Origin: Stegostoma tigrinum
Lineage: Eukaryota
Assembly: GCF_030684315.1 (NCBI RefSeq)
Contig: NC_081364.1
Span: 24,300,989 to 24,364,988, forward strand
Direction of reading: 5' to 3'
DNA: 64,000 nt
How positions within the stretch are numbered: the first letter of the stretch is position 1; each line of letters opens with the position of its first letter. Shown piece after piece: positions 13,851 to 27,872 of this stretch. The notes beneath the pieces were generated by a model that was not told the DNA's origin, searched no databases, and saw only the letters and a list, made by a program, of their open reading frames with translations. Made by a program: the position numbers and the translations under genes.

Positions 13851-15644
13851 ATCTTCTTTGCTAGAGAAAGCCAAGACACAAGACCCTACCAGCCTGGTCC
13901 AAGGCTTCCACCTGGGTAAACCTCAATAGTCGGGATTGCACAGCAGAATGACATTCTTTGCTCTGTCAGGGTAAATGTCATCACCATCCCTCTGTCACTT
14001 CACACTTTACTACTGCAACCATCTCCCTCAAGGCTCATGCTCCACCACTCTCACAATTTCATGTAGCACCTTTCATGTGCTGTCACCCTGGCCAAACCCA
14101 GCCTCCACTACTAAGCCTACATTGCTTCCATGCTTCCTACTCATTTCCTCTTTTGAGTTTTACTGGATGGAACCTGAAGGCTGATTGTGGTTTGAGATTT
14201 AGCCAGATAGCCATGAACGATAAGTAACGAGATCCCCTGGCTAATACCAGTCAGGTACTGATCTCCAGACTTAGACTGTCACAAGCAGCTGACTGTGGCC
14301 AATCCCCTTGACTTACTGTGGTGGGATCTCTTCCCTAGATTTGACTGAAGACTATGTCCCTTAGCCTTTACACAGGGCTGTTTGTTTGTAGCATGTGCAG
14401 TGTATTTGAAGTACATGAGGCTGGCACATGGTGCCACTATATCACTGGCATTGCACAGTGCCTTAAAGCAACTAAGCTGCCTGGCTTTATTTCTGTTCTA
14501 AAAGGCAAGTCAAGAATTAAGTTCTGTAAACATTTAAGTACAGCTAAGGGGGCATAGTGCCAAAAGGTAAAGCAAAACAAGGCAGGAATTCTGTGAGCAT
14601 CAAACTAGCTTAATGTGAGTTAGCGCTAATCGAGTAAATGAGCAGCCAGATATGTGGCCTAGTCCAGTCCATGTCCTGGTTAGAGTATCATTTCAATGCA
14701 ACATGCCATGCACTTCAAAATGCAGCACTGAAGTGCAGAAGACTACTACAAGTGTTTCGGAATGTGCCATGAAGATGTGGTGAGGATAGTATATGTTGGA
14801 TGCCAATGCCCATGGATGAAGAGTGTGTAGGGTCACTGCCTATGGAAAATGCCCGGAGATGTTGGTCCCTGCTATCCAAGATGGAGATCCAGAGAAGCAG
14901 AGAGCTGCAGTTGTCAGGTACCTACTCTGACTTTCATGTCAGGAATTCTCAACATGTAGTTTCTATCCAGCAGGTGTTAGCATGCAAGACTGCATAATGA
15001 GGCAAGATTAAGTAATGAGAGCAAGAGTCTATGGTAATAGGACTCTCAAAATGCATCCTTTTGGTCTCAATGTCGAGGGACAGGAGAGTTGACATCTCAT
15101 CCAAGTTTCCCAAATTTATCATCATAATCTACATCATCCCAGGGCTGGGAAGATTCCACTTCACCAATCCAACTGCACCCAATTTCTAGATTTAGCTCTG
15201 ACACTTGATTTCCACAGGTGAGACACACAAACCTATAAGCACAAATCTTCAGTGTGTTCCATAGAGTACGTTGTAATGTCTACTCTTACAGCCTTACCTC
15301 ATTTTCACAAACAGATTTATACAACTATTATTAAATGCATTCAATAGGAATTCACCCTACACCTTATATTGTGGCAATAATATGGAGGAGAGGAAATCAT
15401 TACAATGTCAAATAGCATGAAGACCAGGAAGTTTGATAATGACAACTGGACAGCAGTTCAGTGGGAAAGAATCAAGAAATCTACAAGTGGGGCCTTTGGA
15501 CAAGATAAGCTAGGAGAGAATATGGGACAAAAATAGAGAAAATTGAGATCTATGAAGGGTGGGGGAAATGACATGGTGAGAAATGGGTGCAACAGAAGCA
15601 GCAGCTGGTCAGACTGTCGATATAATTAATAATTGATGGGGGCA

Positions 15645-15745
15645 ATGAGGCTCTTGTGGTGCAGCAGTAGTGTCCCACCTCTAAACCAAAAGGCCTGCCC
15701 ATCAAGTCCCACCTGTTCCGGTGGTGTGACTAACAGGTTGATTTT
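15645..15745 (+). mobile_element. tRNA-derived SINE fragment
   Basis: A-box-like tggtgcagcagt, degenerate B box; related sequence at ~24260-24330. Confidence 0.5.
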
Positions 15746-15809
15746 AAAGTCCATGATTGGTGTGATGGGGAGTAATATTGGAGGGTACAGGTGAAAATGG
15801 TTTAATAAG

Positions 15810-17055
15810 ACCATAAGACAAAGAAGCAGAAGTAGGTTATTCAGCCCATTGAGTCACTCTGCTATTCAATAACATCATGGCCGATCCAAATTCTCAACTG
15901 CACTTTCCTACGTTGGTTCCCTGACTGATTAAAAATGTGGCTCAGCCTTGAATATACTTAATGATCCAGCCTCAAAAGCACTCTATAGAGAAGAATTCCA
16001 TAGTTTCACTGTCCTCTGAGAAAACAAATTCCTTCTAACATGTATCATAACAGTGCAATAAAGGTCCCCTCTTATTCTTTTGTATTCCGATGAGTCCAGG
16101 CCATAGCTACTCAGCCTCTTCTCATAAGACAGTCCTTCCATAGCTGGTTTTAAAGTAGTGAACCTTCTGTGGACTGCCTCCAATGACAGCACATCTTTTC
16201 TCATATCAGGTGTCAAAAAAATGTTTGCAGAATTTCAGCTGTGGTCTGACTAGTGCTTTGTATAGTTTTGACAAAACCTCACTTTTACATTGCATTCCTG
16301 TTGAAATAATGATCAGCATTCTATTTACCATCCCTATTAACTGCTGAAACTTTTTCTGATTTATGCACAAGGACTTACAGATCCTTCTGTTCTGTAGTTT
16401 ACTGCTGTCTTTCTCTATTAGGTAATTTACATCTCCTTAATTCTTCCTGACAAAGTGAATAGCCTCACACTATATTTCATCTGCCCACTCAATTAACCTG
16501 TCTATATCCCTTTGCAAGCTCTGTGTCATCCCCACCACTTGCCTTTCCACCTATTTTTGTGTCAGCTGTACACTTGGCACTCACTTTCCTCATCCTCGTC
16601 ATTTAGTAAATAATTGTGACACCATCACTGATTCCTACTAGTTACAGGATGCCATCTGGAAAAAAGAACCTTATCTCAACTCTCTGTCTTCCATTAGTTA
16701 GCCAATTACCTATCAATGCGAATATATCACATCGAATACCATGGGATCTGTTTAAGTAACCTAATGTGTGATACTTCAATCAAACACTTTCCAAAAATCC
16801 AAACGTATTACATCCTTTGCTTCCATCCTTCTTGTACCTCCTCAAATAATTCTAATAGTCAGGGATGATTTCCCCTTCATGAAGCCATGCTGACTTTGTT
16901 TACATTACGTATTTCTAGATGCTTTTACATCCTTTATATTAGATTCTAACATTATCCAAATAATAGACATTTACTATAGGCAGGTTAGTTACCTAGTTTT
17001 TATCTAAGTACTAAGAGATGTCACATCAGCAATTTTCCACACTTCTGGTGTTTGA
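15810..17055 (-). mobile_element. CR1-type LINE fragment, decayed
   Basis: RKDVLSLEAVHRRFT...GLSYEKRL...FSQRTVKLWNS. Confidence 0.85.
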
Positions 17056-17332
17056 CAGTCTTAGTAGTAGAAAGGAAAAGATAAACTGGGGCTACATTTA
17101 TTCTGGGTGACAGTAAGAACTGCAGATGCTGGTGGAACAGAGCAGGCCAGGCAGCAGCAGAGAAGGAAAGCTGTTTATTGAGCTTCTAAAATACGGTAAT
17201 GACAATAACACAAAAAAAGTGAGACAATCTCAAATTTTTTGATCCAATTTTCAAAGGGACCACTACAAGAAATTGCTCTCTGTCAATCATTATTTTGTGA
17301 CAATTTTAACATATTGTTTGATATATACAGTT

Positions 17333-17656
17333 GAGTGGCATGATGGCTTAGTGATTAGCACTGCTGCCTCAAAGCGCCAGGTACGATTCCACCCTTGGGC
17401 AACTGTGTGGAATTGGCACATTCTCCCCACGTCTGCGTGGGTTTCCTCTGGGTGTTCCTGTTTCCTCCTGCAGTCCAAAGATGTACAGGCTAGGTGGATT
17501 AGCTATACTAACTGCTTATAGTATCCAGGGATGTTTAGGTTAGATGGGTTAGACATGGAAAAATGCAGGGGAATAGGTCTGAGTGGGATGCTGTTTGAAG
17601 GTGTGCTGAGGACTTGTTGGGCCGAATGGCCTGTTTCCACACTAAGGATTCTATGA
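17333..17656 (+). mobile_element. HE1-like V-SINE
   Basis: tRNA-like head, V-domain cacattctccccacgtctgcgtgggtttcctc, CR1-like tail; paralogous to 33630. Confidence 0.85.
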
Positions 17657-19709
17657 TATACTTTGATGTAAAGCTTCTTCCATATGTCTGTAAAGCAGTG
17701 TCAAATTTACCCACAAAGTTAGACAAATGAATTAATTGTTTTGTCATTGTCTGTCTTCCACTAGCAATATGTTCAATTACTTGTTAAAACATGCATCATA
17801 TTTAGCTGCATTCACACATCATGTAACTTCACTACTGTAAATCTACCCTGGGCATATTCCTAAGCTCTGACCTGTTATTTAGGGGGAGCACTGCTTCTGA
17901 ACTCATAACAATGAGTAAAGTCATTACTAAGTTACAATTCCACCAGTTCAAGTTGTAAATTTCAACAGTTCATTTGCCAACACATTGGTAAACCCTTTAT
18001 TCAACAGGATACCTTGGTTAAAAAAAATCCAGATTAACATTGTGTATATGAAAATGCCTAAGTCAATGCAAAGCAAATATCCATTGTGTAAATGTAATTT
18101 AAAATACTGGATGATCAATACACCTTTCAATCGTTCAACCATTCATGGAAGAGAAAACTATTGCAAACTACTGCTGCAACAGCTGGAAATTGCAAGAACT
18201 CTGTTTAGTTCAGAAATATCCAATGGAGTTCACTTTGCAACTCTACCTTTACAAGGTTGAATTTAATTTCTTTTGTACCCTGAATAGTGCATAAAAATTG
18301 GGCAGATTTCATAACTGAGCTTAAATCATTCATTTTCGATGAAATGCTTGGTAAAACTGAGAATGAGTTTAGTATATGCAAACTCTTCAGTAACAGAGCA
18401 TCTTTGTTAAAATTCCAGTGGATGTAGATCACTGAGTCAGGACAAATTAGTAGTCAAATGCAGTGCCCAGATATTTTATTGAATGTTAGTTATGGGTCAA
18501 GAAAGAAGAAATGAGAATTCACACACTGGGGTGAATAAATGGTCAAGCAGAAGCTGTAAAAAAAATATTGGTTGCTCCCTTATAATTCTTTTATTTTTAG
18601 ATATTTTCACAATATGGTCTAAAAGGCATTACCACATTAAAAAAAAGTTACGTGAACAATGTTTTAATGTTATGAGCAGTATACCATCTTGTGTTCAATG
18701 TATTATGGTTCACTGAACTGAAGCTGTATTATAGAATCTGCTAAACTGAACTGCTCCAAGTGAATATCCAATAAATTCAAACACTTTCCTTCACCAAAAA
18801 CTGTAAATGAAATTGGAATGCACTTGCAAATTTCTGGATTCGAGTCATAAACAAACAACATTAAAATGACCACTTTATTTTTCATTGTATGTTTGCGACC
18901 TTAAAACAGATGTAATAGCTCAAAAATTGTTAAGAAGATTAGATATATAAATAAATTGATCATTCTGGCCCTAGGAGTGCAATGTTCTTAATAGATAAGA
19001 CAATACCAAACAAATTCAAAAGCTACATTGAAAGTGTAAAATACACTAAAATATACACAGAAAATGCTGGAGGAACTGTTTTACTTTTACTAAAAAAAGT
19101 ACCAAAATGCCAGAAAACTTAGTTTAATGTATTCTCAGGTATTAAACCCAGTCACGCCTATACATAAGCGTTATTAAGCCATATTTCCAAGCAACTCTGC
19201 ATGGCTATAGGTATTCAGTATTAAATTTACAATTTTAATGATACTGTTTTAACCAGGGATATCCAAAACACTTGTAAAAGTTGCAAAAAGAAATTGAACT
19301 TCAGTGTGTTATGGATTTAATTTAGTAAGGCATTTGGCTGTACCTGCCTAAATAGTGCCACCAACAGGAATCAAGTGGTATGTTGAGCCAAACATCACCA
19401 TGCTTGACTCAATCAAGTTACAGTTGAGACATCTAAGAAATTCTCAGCACCAGCTTATTAATACATTTGATTCTTTGTAAGTGACATTGTCCAATTAATA
19501 ATTAGCTGCTTGAAAGTAAAACTTGGGCAACATCTCTGTGGACGTCAGACAGCATGCTCCAAGATGACAATTGGCAGATGGAACTAGCAAAATAAAATCA
19601 GTCCACACGAGACAAATGATTATCCAATGACTGAGCAAAACATCCATGCAGTATCCATGACATTTGTACGTTGCTCAATAACACAGTACTTTAATATTGC
19701 TGAAGAGAG

Positions 19710-19979
19710 ACACTGTCCCTCCAAAGAGCATCCCACCCAGACCCGCAACCCTGCCCTCTCCCTGGAACCCTGAATTTTCCATTGCTAAACAACCTAACTT
19801 ACACACATCTTGACACCATGGGCAATTTAGCATGACCCATCCACTTAATCTGCACATCTTTAGACCGTGGGAGGAAACTACAGCACCCAGCGGAAATCCA
19901 CATAGAAGTAGGGAGCATGTGCAAACTCAACACAGTCACCCCAGGGTGGAATGCGAATCACAGAGCCACTGTGCCACCC
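19710..19979 (-). mobile_element. HE1-like V-SINE, decayed
   Basis: Reverse complement of the same family (gagccactgtgccaccc head). Confidence 0.75.
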
Positions 19980-22127
19980 CTTCTGCTGCAACGTATTTCA
20001 TGTTGCACCTATCAGGACAAATACAAGGATACCAAATTTTGAATGACCACAATTTATACTACAAGAGAAAAAGGTATAGATTACTAGGCAAGTCATCCCT
20101 TACTGGCTAAAGGGATGCCACGGAGAAAGCGCCAAGGAACTACAGATTTACTAAGCTTGAGGGTAATTCAAAAAAAAGCTATGAGTAAAACATGTTCTGT
20201 TTGCAGAGAATAGAGTGCACAAATATGAATGAATGTCACCTTTAGCAAATGTAAGTGAGCCACCTTACAAGCTTAAACTGGTCATTAGTATGATCCTCAG
20301 CATACTCAGGATTATTCAGCAAATGCTTCCTAATTGCAGAATCACATGTAACAGTAGATGTTTCAGTTTAAGATTGCAAGTATGGGCTGGTTGCGAACTT
20401 TATGTATTCTTCCTATTACAAACAACTGAAGGAACACTTACACTCGGTTGCTGTTTCATGCTGTTACTATTTAGTGGCAACTAACTAGGTACAAAATGTC
20501 AGTTCAAAACAACATTCTGACTACCATATAGTTCAGTAAACTCATACATGAATACAAGGGCTGGTGTGACTGAAGGTGAATAGGCTGTACATTCCAAACA
20601 GCTGGTTGATGGAACATGCTATTTGATTCATTCAATTGTTTGGAATATGGAGATTAAAAACCATACTCAACCAGTCTGCACTTACTCAACTCAAAATAAA
20701 ACAGTGACTGTCAAATGAGATTCTATCATAGAGCAACACTTGCTGAAAATCCTGACCAGTTGGCAACACTAGCTAATTTAAAATCATCAGTTGAGTTTAG
20801 AAAGGTTAAATGAACCTATTACAGAGTTACATTGGATAATGAGTTTCTATAGGTGAATCAAAAGAAAAAGGAATATGTTTATGCTTTGTACCTTAATTGA
20901 ACTGCCCAGGAGCTTGCATACCTAATACGATAGTAGCTGGCTGTTTTGTTTATGCCATGCCCCCAGTCAATAATGGTTGGCTTGTCAAAAATCAGCACAC
21001 CTTTCTCCTGTTGCAACTGTTTGAATTTGGCATTCTTCAGTTGTTCCGATGAATGCAAGACAGAAAACTTCAGCAAAACAGCCCTTTTCACCAATAGTCG
21101 ATGGTTAGATTCTAATGAATCCTTTGCAAATATGGAACTATTGGTAATGGTTGTAAAGGGATGCAGGAAACACCGTATCTACTGGAATTCAGTGCATTTC
21201 AAACTTTAAAACCATCTGTTGAATCATTCTCTTATTCACTGGCATGAAAGCCAATCAATCCAAAGACAAACAATGGTACTAACTCATATTTTGCCAAGCA
21301 AAGTGTTTCAGTTTTGGATACAGTACTTCCTAATGACAATTACTGCTATACAATCCATTTAGCAAAACTGGTTCTGAAACAAGTGACAAGTAAACTAGCA
21401 TCTCAAAAATGGATAGTTGTAATGACCTCACCTTCCCTGTAATGCAGTAAGCGAATTCACCACAGGCAGTAGCATTAAGTACGCAGACAGAAAAAAAAAC
21501 CACGATTTGAACTATAGTCCCTACTGATCCTCCACTCTTTCCACATTCACTAAAACAAGAACTGTTTAAGTCTATACAGCAGAAAGTTTTATTTAAATTA
21601 AAAATATAGTAATCATAGAAAAAACAAATAAAAATAAAGGTTTTAATTACTTCAGAGAGACAGACACACAAAAAATCCATGAAACCAAACAAGTCACATG
21701 AGCTGAAGCTTTATTATGATGTCAATGTCTTGGTTCATGCACGTGTCTTATGAGACAGTGAAGTAACAATAACGTGAATAAAGATCTTCCATTGATTGTG
21801 CTTACTGTTAACTGGAACTTTTGTAGCTCACATGGATCTGGAAGGATCTGCACAATTTCCAAGGAGATTGGATCCTAATTAACCATCTGACAACTAATCA
21901 CCGATGACTAACAAAATTCACACACTTACAAAGTTCCATGGAATTATAAAATGCTGGATATTGTAAATCACAAATAGCATTTATCTTCATAAAACATTTA
22001 CAGTAAAATTGTTTCCAAAATACTCGTCATTATTAATGACACTGATGTGCAGGAGTAACCTCCTCTCTATATAAAGATGATGCAAACATGAATCCCAGCC
22101 ATTGATGAAAGCTCACAGCTAGCATGC

Positions 22128-22133
22128 TTTATT
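22128..22133 (-). promoter_or_regulatory. Candidate TAMM41 polyadenylation signal AATAAA
   Basis: tttatt on the + strand ~48 nt past the stop codon. Other candidates lie near 21710 and 21590. Confidence 0.45.
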
Positions 22134-22180
22134 TAAAATTGTCTTTTTCAAATATAAATTTAAATAATATTTAGCAAACG

Positions 22181-22257
22181 TTAGGACGATTTTCTTCTCC
22201 ACCCTCTCCACATTTTATGCAGCTTCTTCATGCTATAGGTAACTGTTTTTTTCGTAC
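22181..22257 (-). CDS. TAMM41: TAMM41 last coding exon (GTKKTVTYSMKKLHKMWRGWRRKSS*)
   Basis: KLHKMW C-terminal motif; tag acceptor; TAA stop at 22183-22181. Spliced CDS sums to 1011 nt in frame. Confidence 0.96.
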
Positions 22258-22390
22258 CTAAATGCAAATGAAACATGAGAGAATGTCTGGAGATTTTAAT
22301 ACAGCTCTAAATTGTAGTCAGCTGAAATGCCATTGACAATCAATAGGCTATAGTATACAACTATTTACATGGGGAAAAAGAAACATTTAC

Positions 22391-22453
22391 CAGCAGTAAG
22401 AACTCCTTTTGCGCTTTGGGTCATACTTGAGGATTTTACGATACCAGCTACAC
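22391..22453 (-). CDS. TAMM41: TAMM41 exon 7 (SVAGIVKSSSMTQSAKGVLTA)
   Basis: Manual translation with QSxKGxxTAG motif; cag acceptor, gtaaat donor; 63 nt, phase 1/1. Confidence 0.95.
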
Positions 22454-23889
22454 CTGACATTTGGAGAAACAAAATACTATTATTTTGGCAAGAAAGTAAG
22501 AAGTGATTTAGAAGTCCAAGCTATATATTTAAATAAAATTATATTTTGCTATTAGTTCTGAAAGTTGAAGCTACAGTTTGGAAAAGACTGCACATAAATT
22601 AACTTGCCCCTAGATTAACAGTTTTAAATTTCAGTATGCATACAGGACATGGTTCAAATCAAGACAGACTTCCTGCATTTGTCCTCCAGTTGTTATTGCT
22701 GTTTTCCTAATAACCCACATTCAAGTTCTTTCCTGCCACCTGTCCCCAAATTTCTGCTCAAAAGGTTTTTGTGACAGAAACAGCAGAACATAGGACCACT
22801 GTAGTAACTTTGTAATCAGTTTACAACTGGTGCAGACTTGGTTCAGTTAATTAAATGACAAACAAAGAAATGTCATTTGACAAAAACACAAAGATGCTAA
22901 TGTACAATGACTGACTAAAGCTTTGTAACAGTTATTTCCCATGTCAGATTTTGTGTGGTACCAATGATCTCTCTAACATCTATTTGTAGTGTGCAGCTGG
23001 CTTGTTCCAGTATTGATGCCTTTAAAATTGAACAACTCTGTGTGGGTGCACCTTAATGAAAATGTTTGTTCATAAGCCAATTGTCACTTTACATACATCA
23101 TTTGAGGAATAGTTGCCCAGATCATCAGGCTTCGGGTTGCCAGACTTGCCATTCTAATCTACTTCATTCACCTGTCAGCCTACCCTACAATCCAATTAAC
23201 TCACACATTCACCTTCTCTTCTACTGAGGCCCTGAGTGTTTAAACATTTACTGGAATATGGCAGCCAATGCCATAAAACACAGACAAGGCTTCTACAGAG
23301 ATTCTCAAAGGTGCTCCCCGAGAGGACTACTGCACCACCTCTGTAATGAAGGATTGGACATTACTATATATACCCCCCAAAAAAAACAAAGGTAGGTGAC
23401 CTTTGAAAAGGATTCCAACAATGATTCAAAGGAAAACTATCACTGAGCTGCAAGAGACCTTTCAAATGCCTCATTAGCTTTCATTCCAGAATGAAATCGG
23501 AATTCAAATTTTACTATCCCATCATGATGGGAATCGAATTTATGCCACCAGAACATTTGCCATTAATGTGTACACAAAATTAACATTCAGAAGGAGCTAT
23601 AAATCCAAAGTATGGAGTTTGAAAACAGTTTTCAAGATATAAATAAGGAAGATTTCATAGCATTTTTGTAGATCACATAAAAGTCATTTAAAATTGGTTC
23701 ACATGGTTCTTGTCAAAAACAAAGCAAATAAGCAAGCCAGAAAACCAAGCAATTCATTCATGTTCAATGGTTATTAATTAGTCTGCATTGTTAATATCAT
23801 GGCCTTTATTTTGAAATTAAATAGGCCATCGTTGCAACTGGACGCTCTAAAATTGAATTGTATATTCATAAAACATGGGAAGGAAACAA

Positions 23890-24250
23890 CATAAGTTATA
23901 TAAAATTAAGAGGTGTGGATAAGATGGATAGTCAGTCAGAGTCTGAGTCTTTTTCCAGCATGGAGATGTCAAGTACTAGGGGACGCAGGTTTAAAGAGAG
24001 AGGGGAAATTTTAAAGATGTGCAAGCAAAGTTTTTTTTAAAAAAGACACAGACAGTGGCAGGTGCCTGGAACATTTTGCCAAAGGAGATGGTCGAACCAG
24101 ATACATTAGCAAAGTTTAAAAGGCATTTAAACAGACACCTGAACAGGTAAGGAATAAACGGCCATGGACCACGTGCTATTAGTTTACAATGGCATTATGG
24201 TCAGCAAAGACATGGACTGAGGGGCCTGTTCTTGTACTGTGCTGTTTTAT
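23890..24250 (+). mobile_element. CR1 3' end fragment
   Basis: TRGRRFK motif and 3' UTR gggcctgttcttgtactgtg. Confidence 0.75.
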
Positions 24251-25959
24251 GTATCTTTGGATCAGAAGGCCTGGGTTCAAGTTTCACTTGTTCCAAATTT
24301 GTCATAGCATGTCTGAATGGGTTGATAAATATATACCCAATTAAGAGTGGGTTTCCATGTTTTAAAGTTTTACCCCCAGAAAAACACTGCATGTAGAAAA
24401 TATTATAGTCTTTTTCATCCAAATGTCTTGTAGATAAATGACAGCTTATGTAAATATTTACAAATTAGTGTGTGAGAAATGTATTTTGAAGGGAACATTT
24501 TAATACCTTATGCTGATTTTAAATTTAACAATCTTCAAGTATTTATTTCATTACGGAAATTCTCTGGATTATCTTTTACTGAATAAACCTGGCTTATATT
24601 TTTAGGTATACACATTGATCTTACAATTACACGCAGTATTTTACTTTGGAATTTTATTGTCTTTGGTATAGCTTGGGAGAATGAAGTGAGTATCCCATAC
24701 ACTCCGCTGGTTAAAGTATACCATTGCTTGGGGATAAGTGATCCATTTATCTTCTAGAAAAGGTTGCAGATTTGGTATACATATGATATAGTATGCTTTA
24801 ACCCACCCCATTTTTGGTAATTTTAGGAAAGAAGAGTTGAGAAAAAGTTCAAGTGGTAGCAGGAAAGAAAAATGAGCACAGGACTTCAATAGTAGATTGC
24901 TCACTGGTAGTATAAAAATGTTGAGAAACACATCAGGTTATTGCATGAATCGTTATTACTGGGACTGCAGAAGATGTCACATTTTTCTTTCCCTGGGATG
25001 GGGTAGGAGTAGTGTTGGAATAGTGAGACAGCATGGAAAAAAAAAGTTAAAATGTAGACATTTTACCCAGACTTCACCACTCGCACATCCATACAGCAAG
25101 CTGCAGTGTGCTGTCAGAAGACAGGCAACATAGCGTTTGTTAGATTTTGCAAAGGGGATGCAGTAAATTTTAAATAATTTGGAGGGGTCTCAGTATGGAA
25201 AATAAAACAAAACATTTTACACGATCTTGGAAATATTTGCTGAATCAGTCACACATTAGTGGAATTTACTATTGTGATGTATAACTGACCATCGGCACAG
25301 AAACTAAAGTTGAATGACTGAAACAATAAAACGTAAAAAAAAAAGCTTGGAAATTCTTGGAATTGTGACAATATGTGACTCATGCTAAAATTACATCATT
25401 GTGCACCAATTAAATAAATGTTAACAGTTTTTCGGGGATGTAACTAGCAGACAGAGGAATACTGGTGAATACAGTATGTTTGCATTTTCAGAATGCTTTT
25501 GATAAGAGGTGCCACGCACAGATTGTTACACAAGATTAGGGACAGTATATTAACATGAATTGAGGTTTAGCTAACAGACAAGAGTAGGAATAAATAGGTG
25601 ATTTTCAAATTGGCAGACTATAACTGGTGGGATTGCCCAAGAATTAATAGTGAAAATGGACACAAGAAGGTCTAACTTGACTTGTGTCATGGGTCCCAAA
25701 AGGTGCCTGTTTATATAATTGGGTAATACAAGCTGTCCTGGGGATTATTAGATATTCCTCATGGCTGCATTTCATAGGCTTTAGCACCAGAAAGGCTAAC
25801 ACGTATGTAAAGGATTTCTCTCCAACATTAGTTAGAACTAAAGGAGAACATTAGCCAGCATGCTGTGCTCCAAATTCCACATTAAGTACTTAAAGATTGC
25901 AGGAGGCACAAACATAAAAAAAATTTATTTATTTTTAAATGTACTGTAATATGGAGCAA

Positions 25960-26190
25960 GCAGGACTGAAACAAAAACAAATTGCTAGTGAAACTCAGCA
26001 GGCTTGACAAAATCTGTCTAGAGCGAGCAAGCAAGAGAGAGCGTGAGACAGCGAGAAAGAGTATGAGAGCATAAGAGAGCGCACGCGGGAGGGAGAGCCA
26101 CAATGTGGAGTTTAATAACACTGGTTTGTCCAATGGTTCCAGTTCCAGATGCTATCAGACCCGCTGAATTTCTCCAACACTGTTTTAATT
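25960..26190. mobile_element. Old fold-back PLE-like remnant with an internal GA-rich microsatellite
   Basis: aaactcagcaggcttgac...gatgctatcagacccgctgaattt form diverged inverted arms. Confidence 0.5.
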
Positions 26191-27689
26191 TGAGAGCTTC
26201 AGCTCCCATGATATTTAGCTTTTTTTAGAGCAACAGTGAGCCTTCTGACTCCAGAGCTTTGTTTCAGGCCAAAAAAAAGTTACCAGCTCATGTTGACTGT
26301 TTCCATTGGTTTCAAGGACCAGAGACAAATAAATATCGATTGTGGCTGGAGGATCACCAACTTCGGGAAAAACGCTTTGGGTCTGCCTGAATCATGCTAA
26401 TCTTGCAGTACAAAGGTGTTGCAGCTAGCACATTCTCAATTTCAGGACTGTGCTGAGAATAACACTAAAGCTTGGAACAACCCCATTTCTAACATTCTCT
26501 CACCACAACACAACTCCTTGGGCCTATATGAACTGAAGCATGTTTGACATGAAATGTAAATTGGAAATATAATCTGTAATGGTAACTGTTGCAAGACACT
26601 TGGGAGTGCCACATTCCATAAATTGAAAGAAACTGAACTGTATCACACTTAAGTAATGCATGTTTACAAATTATATGAACAAAGTATGTTTTTTTCCCCC
26701 CTCAAAAAGGCTCCAGGACCTACCCAGATGGCTGGCTACTTTTTAGTCAGCCTTAGTTAATGCAGAGAAAGCAGCTAATTGCCTCACTAGTATCCAGGAA
26801 AGTTTGGACTAACAAAACTTCAACCTTCAATGGGTTAACATGGGATTGTCTGTAAAGCATGGTAACAGTTGCTGTTAAAGTTCCATGCTTGTTATCCTTA
26901 AAAGGCATGTGATAACAGGCTTGACTCAGCTCTTGTAAAACTAGTTTAGGGATGTCGACTAACACCATAAAACTCAGAAGAGGAGTCACTTACAGTAGAA
27001 ACTGACTATTCCTGGCATGGCAAATACTTCAAATAGATGCAGTTTCTGCATTTTTTTGACATCACTGAGACCAAGGTTCATAATACAAAAACAACTTGGT
27101 TATAAAAATAACCAACTAAAACTTGTATTCCTCATTTTAAAAAAAAGGGCCATTCAAGCTTGAAATCCATGACAGCATTTGTTAATGGAGATGAATCAAC
27201 CCAAATTTGCAACTTAAAAACTTTAACATTACAAAGATTTTGCAAATATAGAGTAAGGTGCTTTGGAAGGCAATGTAATGCAACAGAGCAGCTAAAAAGC
27301 TTATCTTCCTGCCTCCAGCTTACAAAACCAGGCTGGACAAGATATTTTATAAAATGACATTTTCAGGATTTTTTATATTTTCATATTTTTAGAATAATCA
27401 AAGCTCTCTTTGGTAATTTTCTTACGGGTACTTCCAAGTAATTTGCCACGCAAGACATATGGCCATATTTTTGTTAATAAAGGAGCTAATTCTTGGGCAC
27501 GTAATAAAGTCTTCACACTATTAAGTTATCTCATGATAAATTAAAATGTAAAACTATCACCAATATAATCAAACAAGCCTCATAACATTAAAGATAATGG
27601 GAACTGCAGATGCTGGAGAATCCAAGACAACAAAATGTGAGGCTGGATGAACACAGCAGGCCAAGCAGCATCTCAGGAGCACAAAAGCT

Positions 27690-27717
27690 GACGTTTCAGG
27701 CCTAGACCCTTCATCAG
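27690..27717 (-). ncRNA. Minimal hammerhead motif, sense in TAMM41 pre-mRNA
   Basis: CTGATGAAGGGTCTAGGCCTGAAACGTC (G-U pair in stem II). Confidence 0.7.
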
Positions 27718-27724
27718 ACCCTCT

Positions 27725-27752
27725 CTGATGAAGGGTCTAGGCCCGAAACGTC
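27725..27752 (+). ncRNA. Minimal hammerhead motif
   Basis: CTGATGAAGGGTCTAGGCCCGAAACGTC. Confidence 0.78.
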
Positions 27753-27872
27753 AGCTTTTGTGCTCCTGAGATGCTGCTTGGCCTGCTTTGTTCATCCAGC
27801 CTCACATTTTGTTGTCTCATAACATTAAAGTCTGGTTTAATCACAGCACAACTTGTTAGCCATATTTACGAA

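Larger units (their letters stand above)
27594..27815. mobile_element. Miniature fold-back PLE (two inverted pLTR arms only) in TAMM41 intron 6
   Basis: Perfect 15-bp TSD ctcataacattaaag at 27579-27593 and 27816-27830; ~92-bp near-perfect inverted arms. Confidence 0.92.

Noticed and set aside
14200-14960. Possible further LINE remnants (also ~23250-23480, ~25410-25640, ~32900-33400, ~57000-57420, ~63490-63680)
   Set aside because: They look TE-derived but are too decayed to bound or classify reliably by eye.
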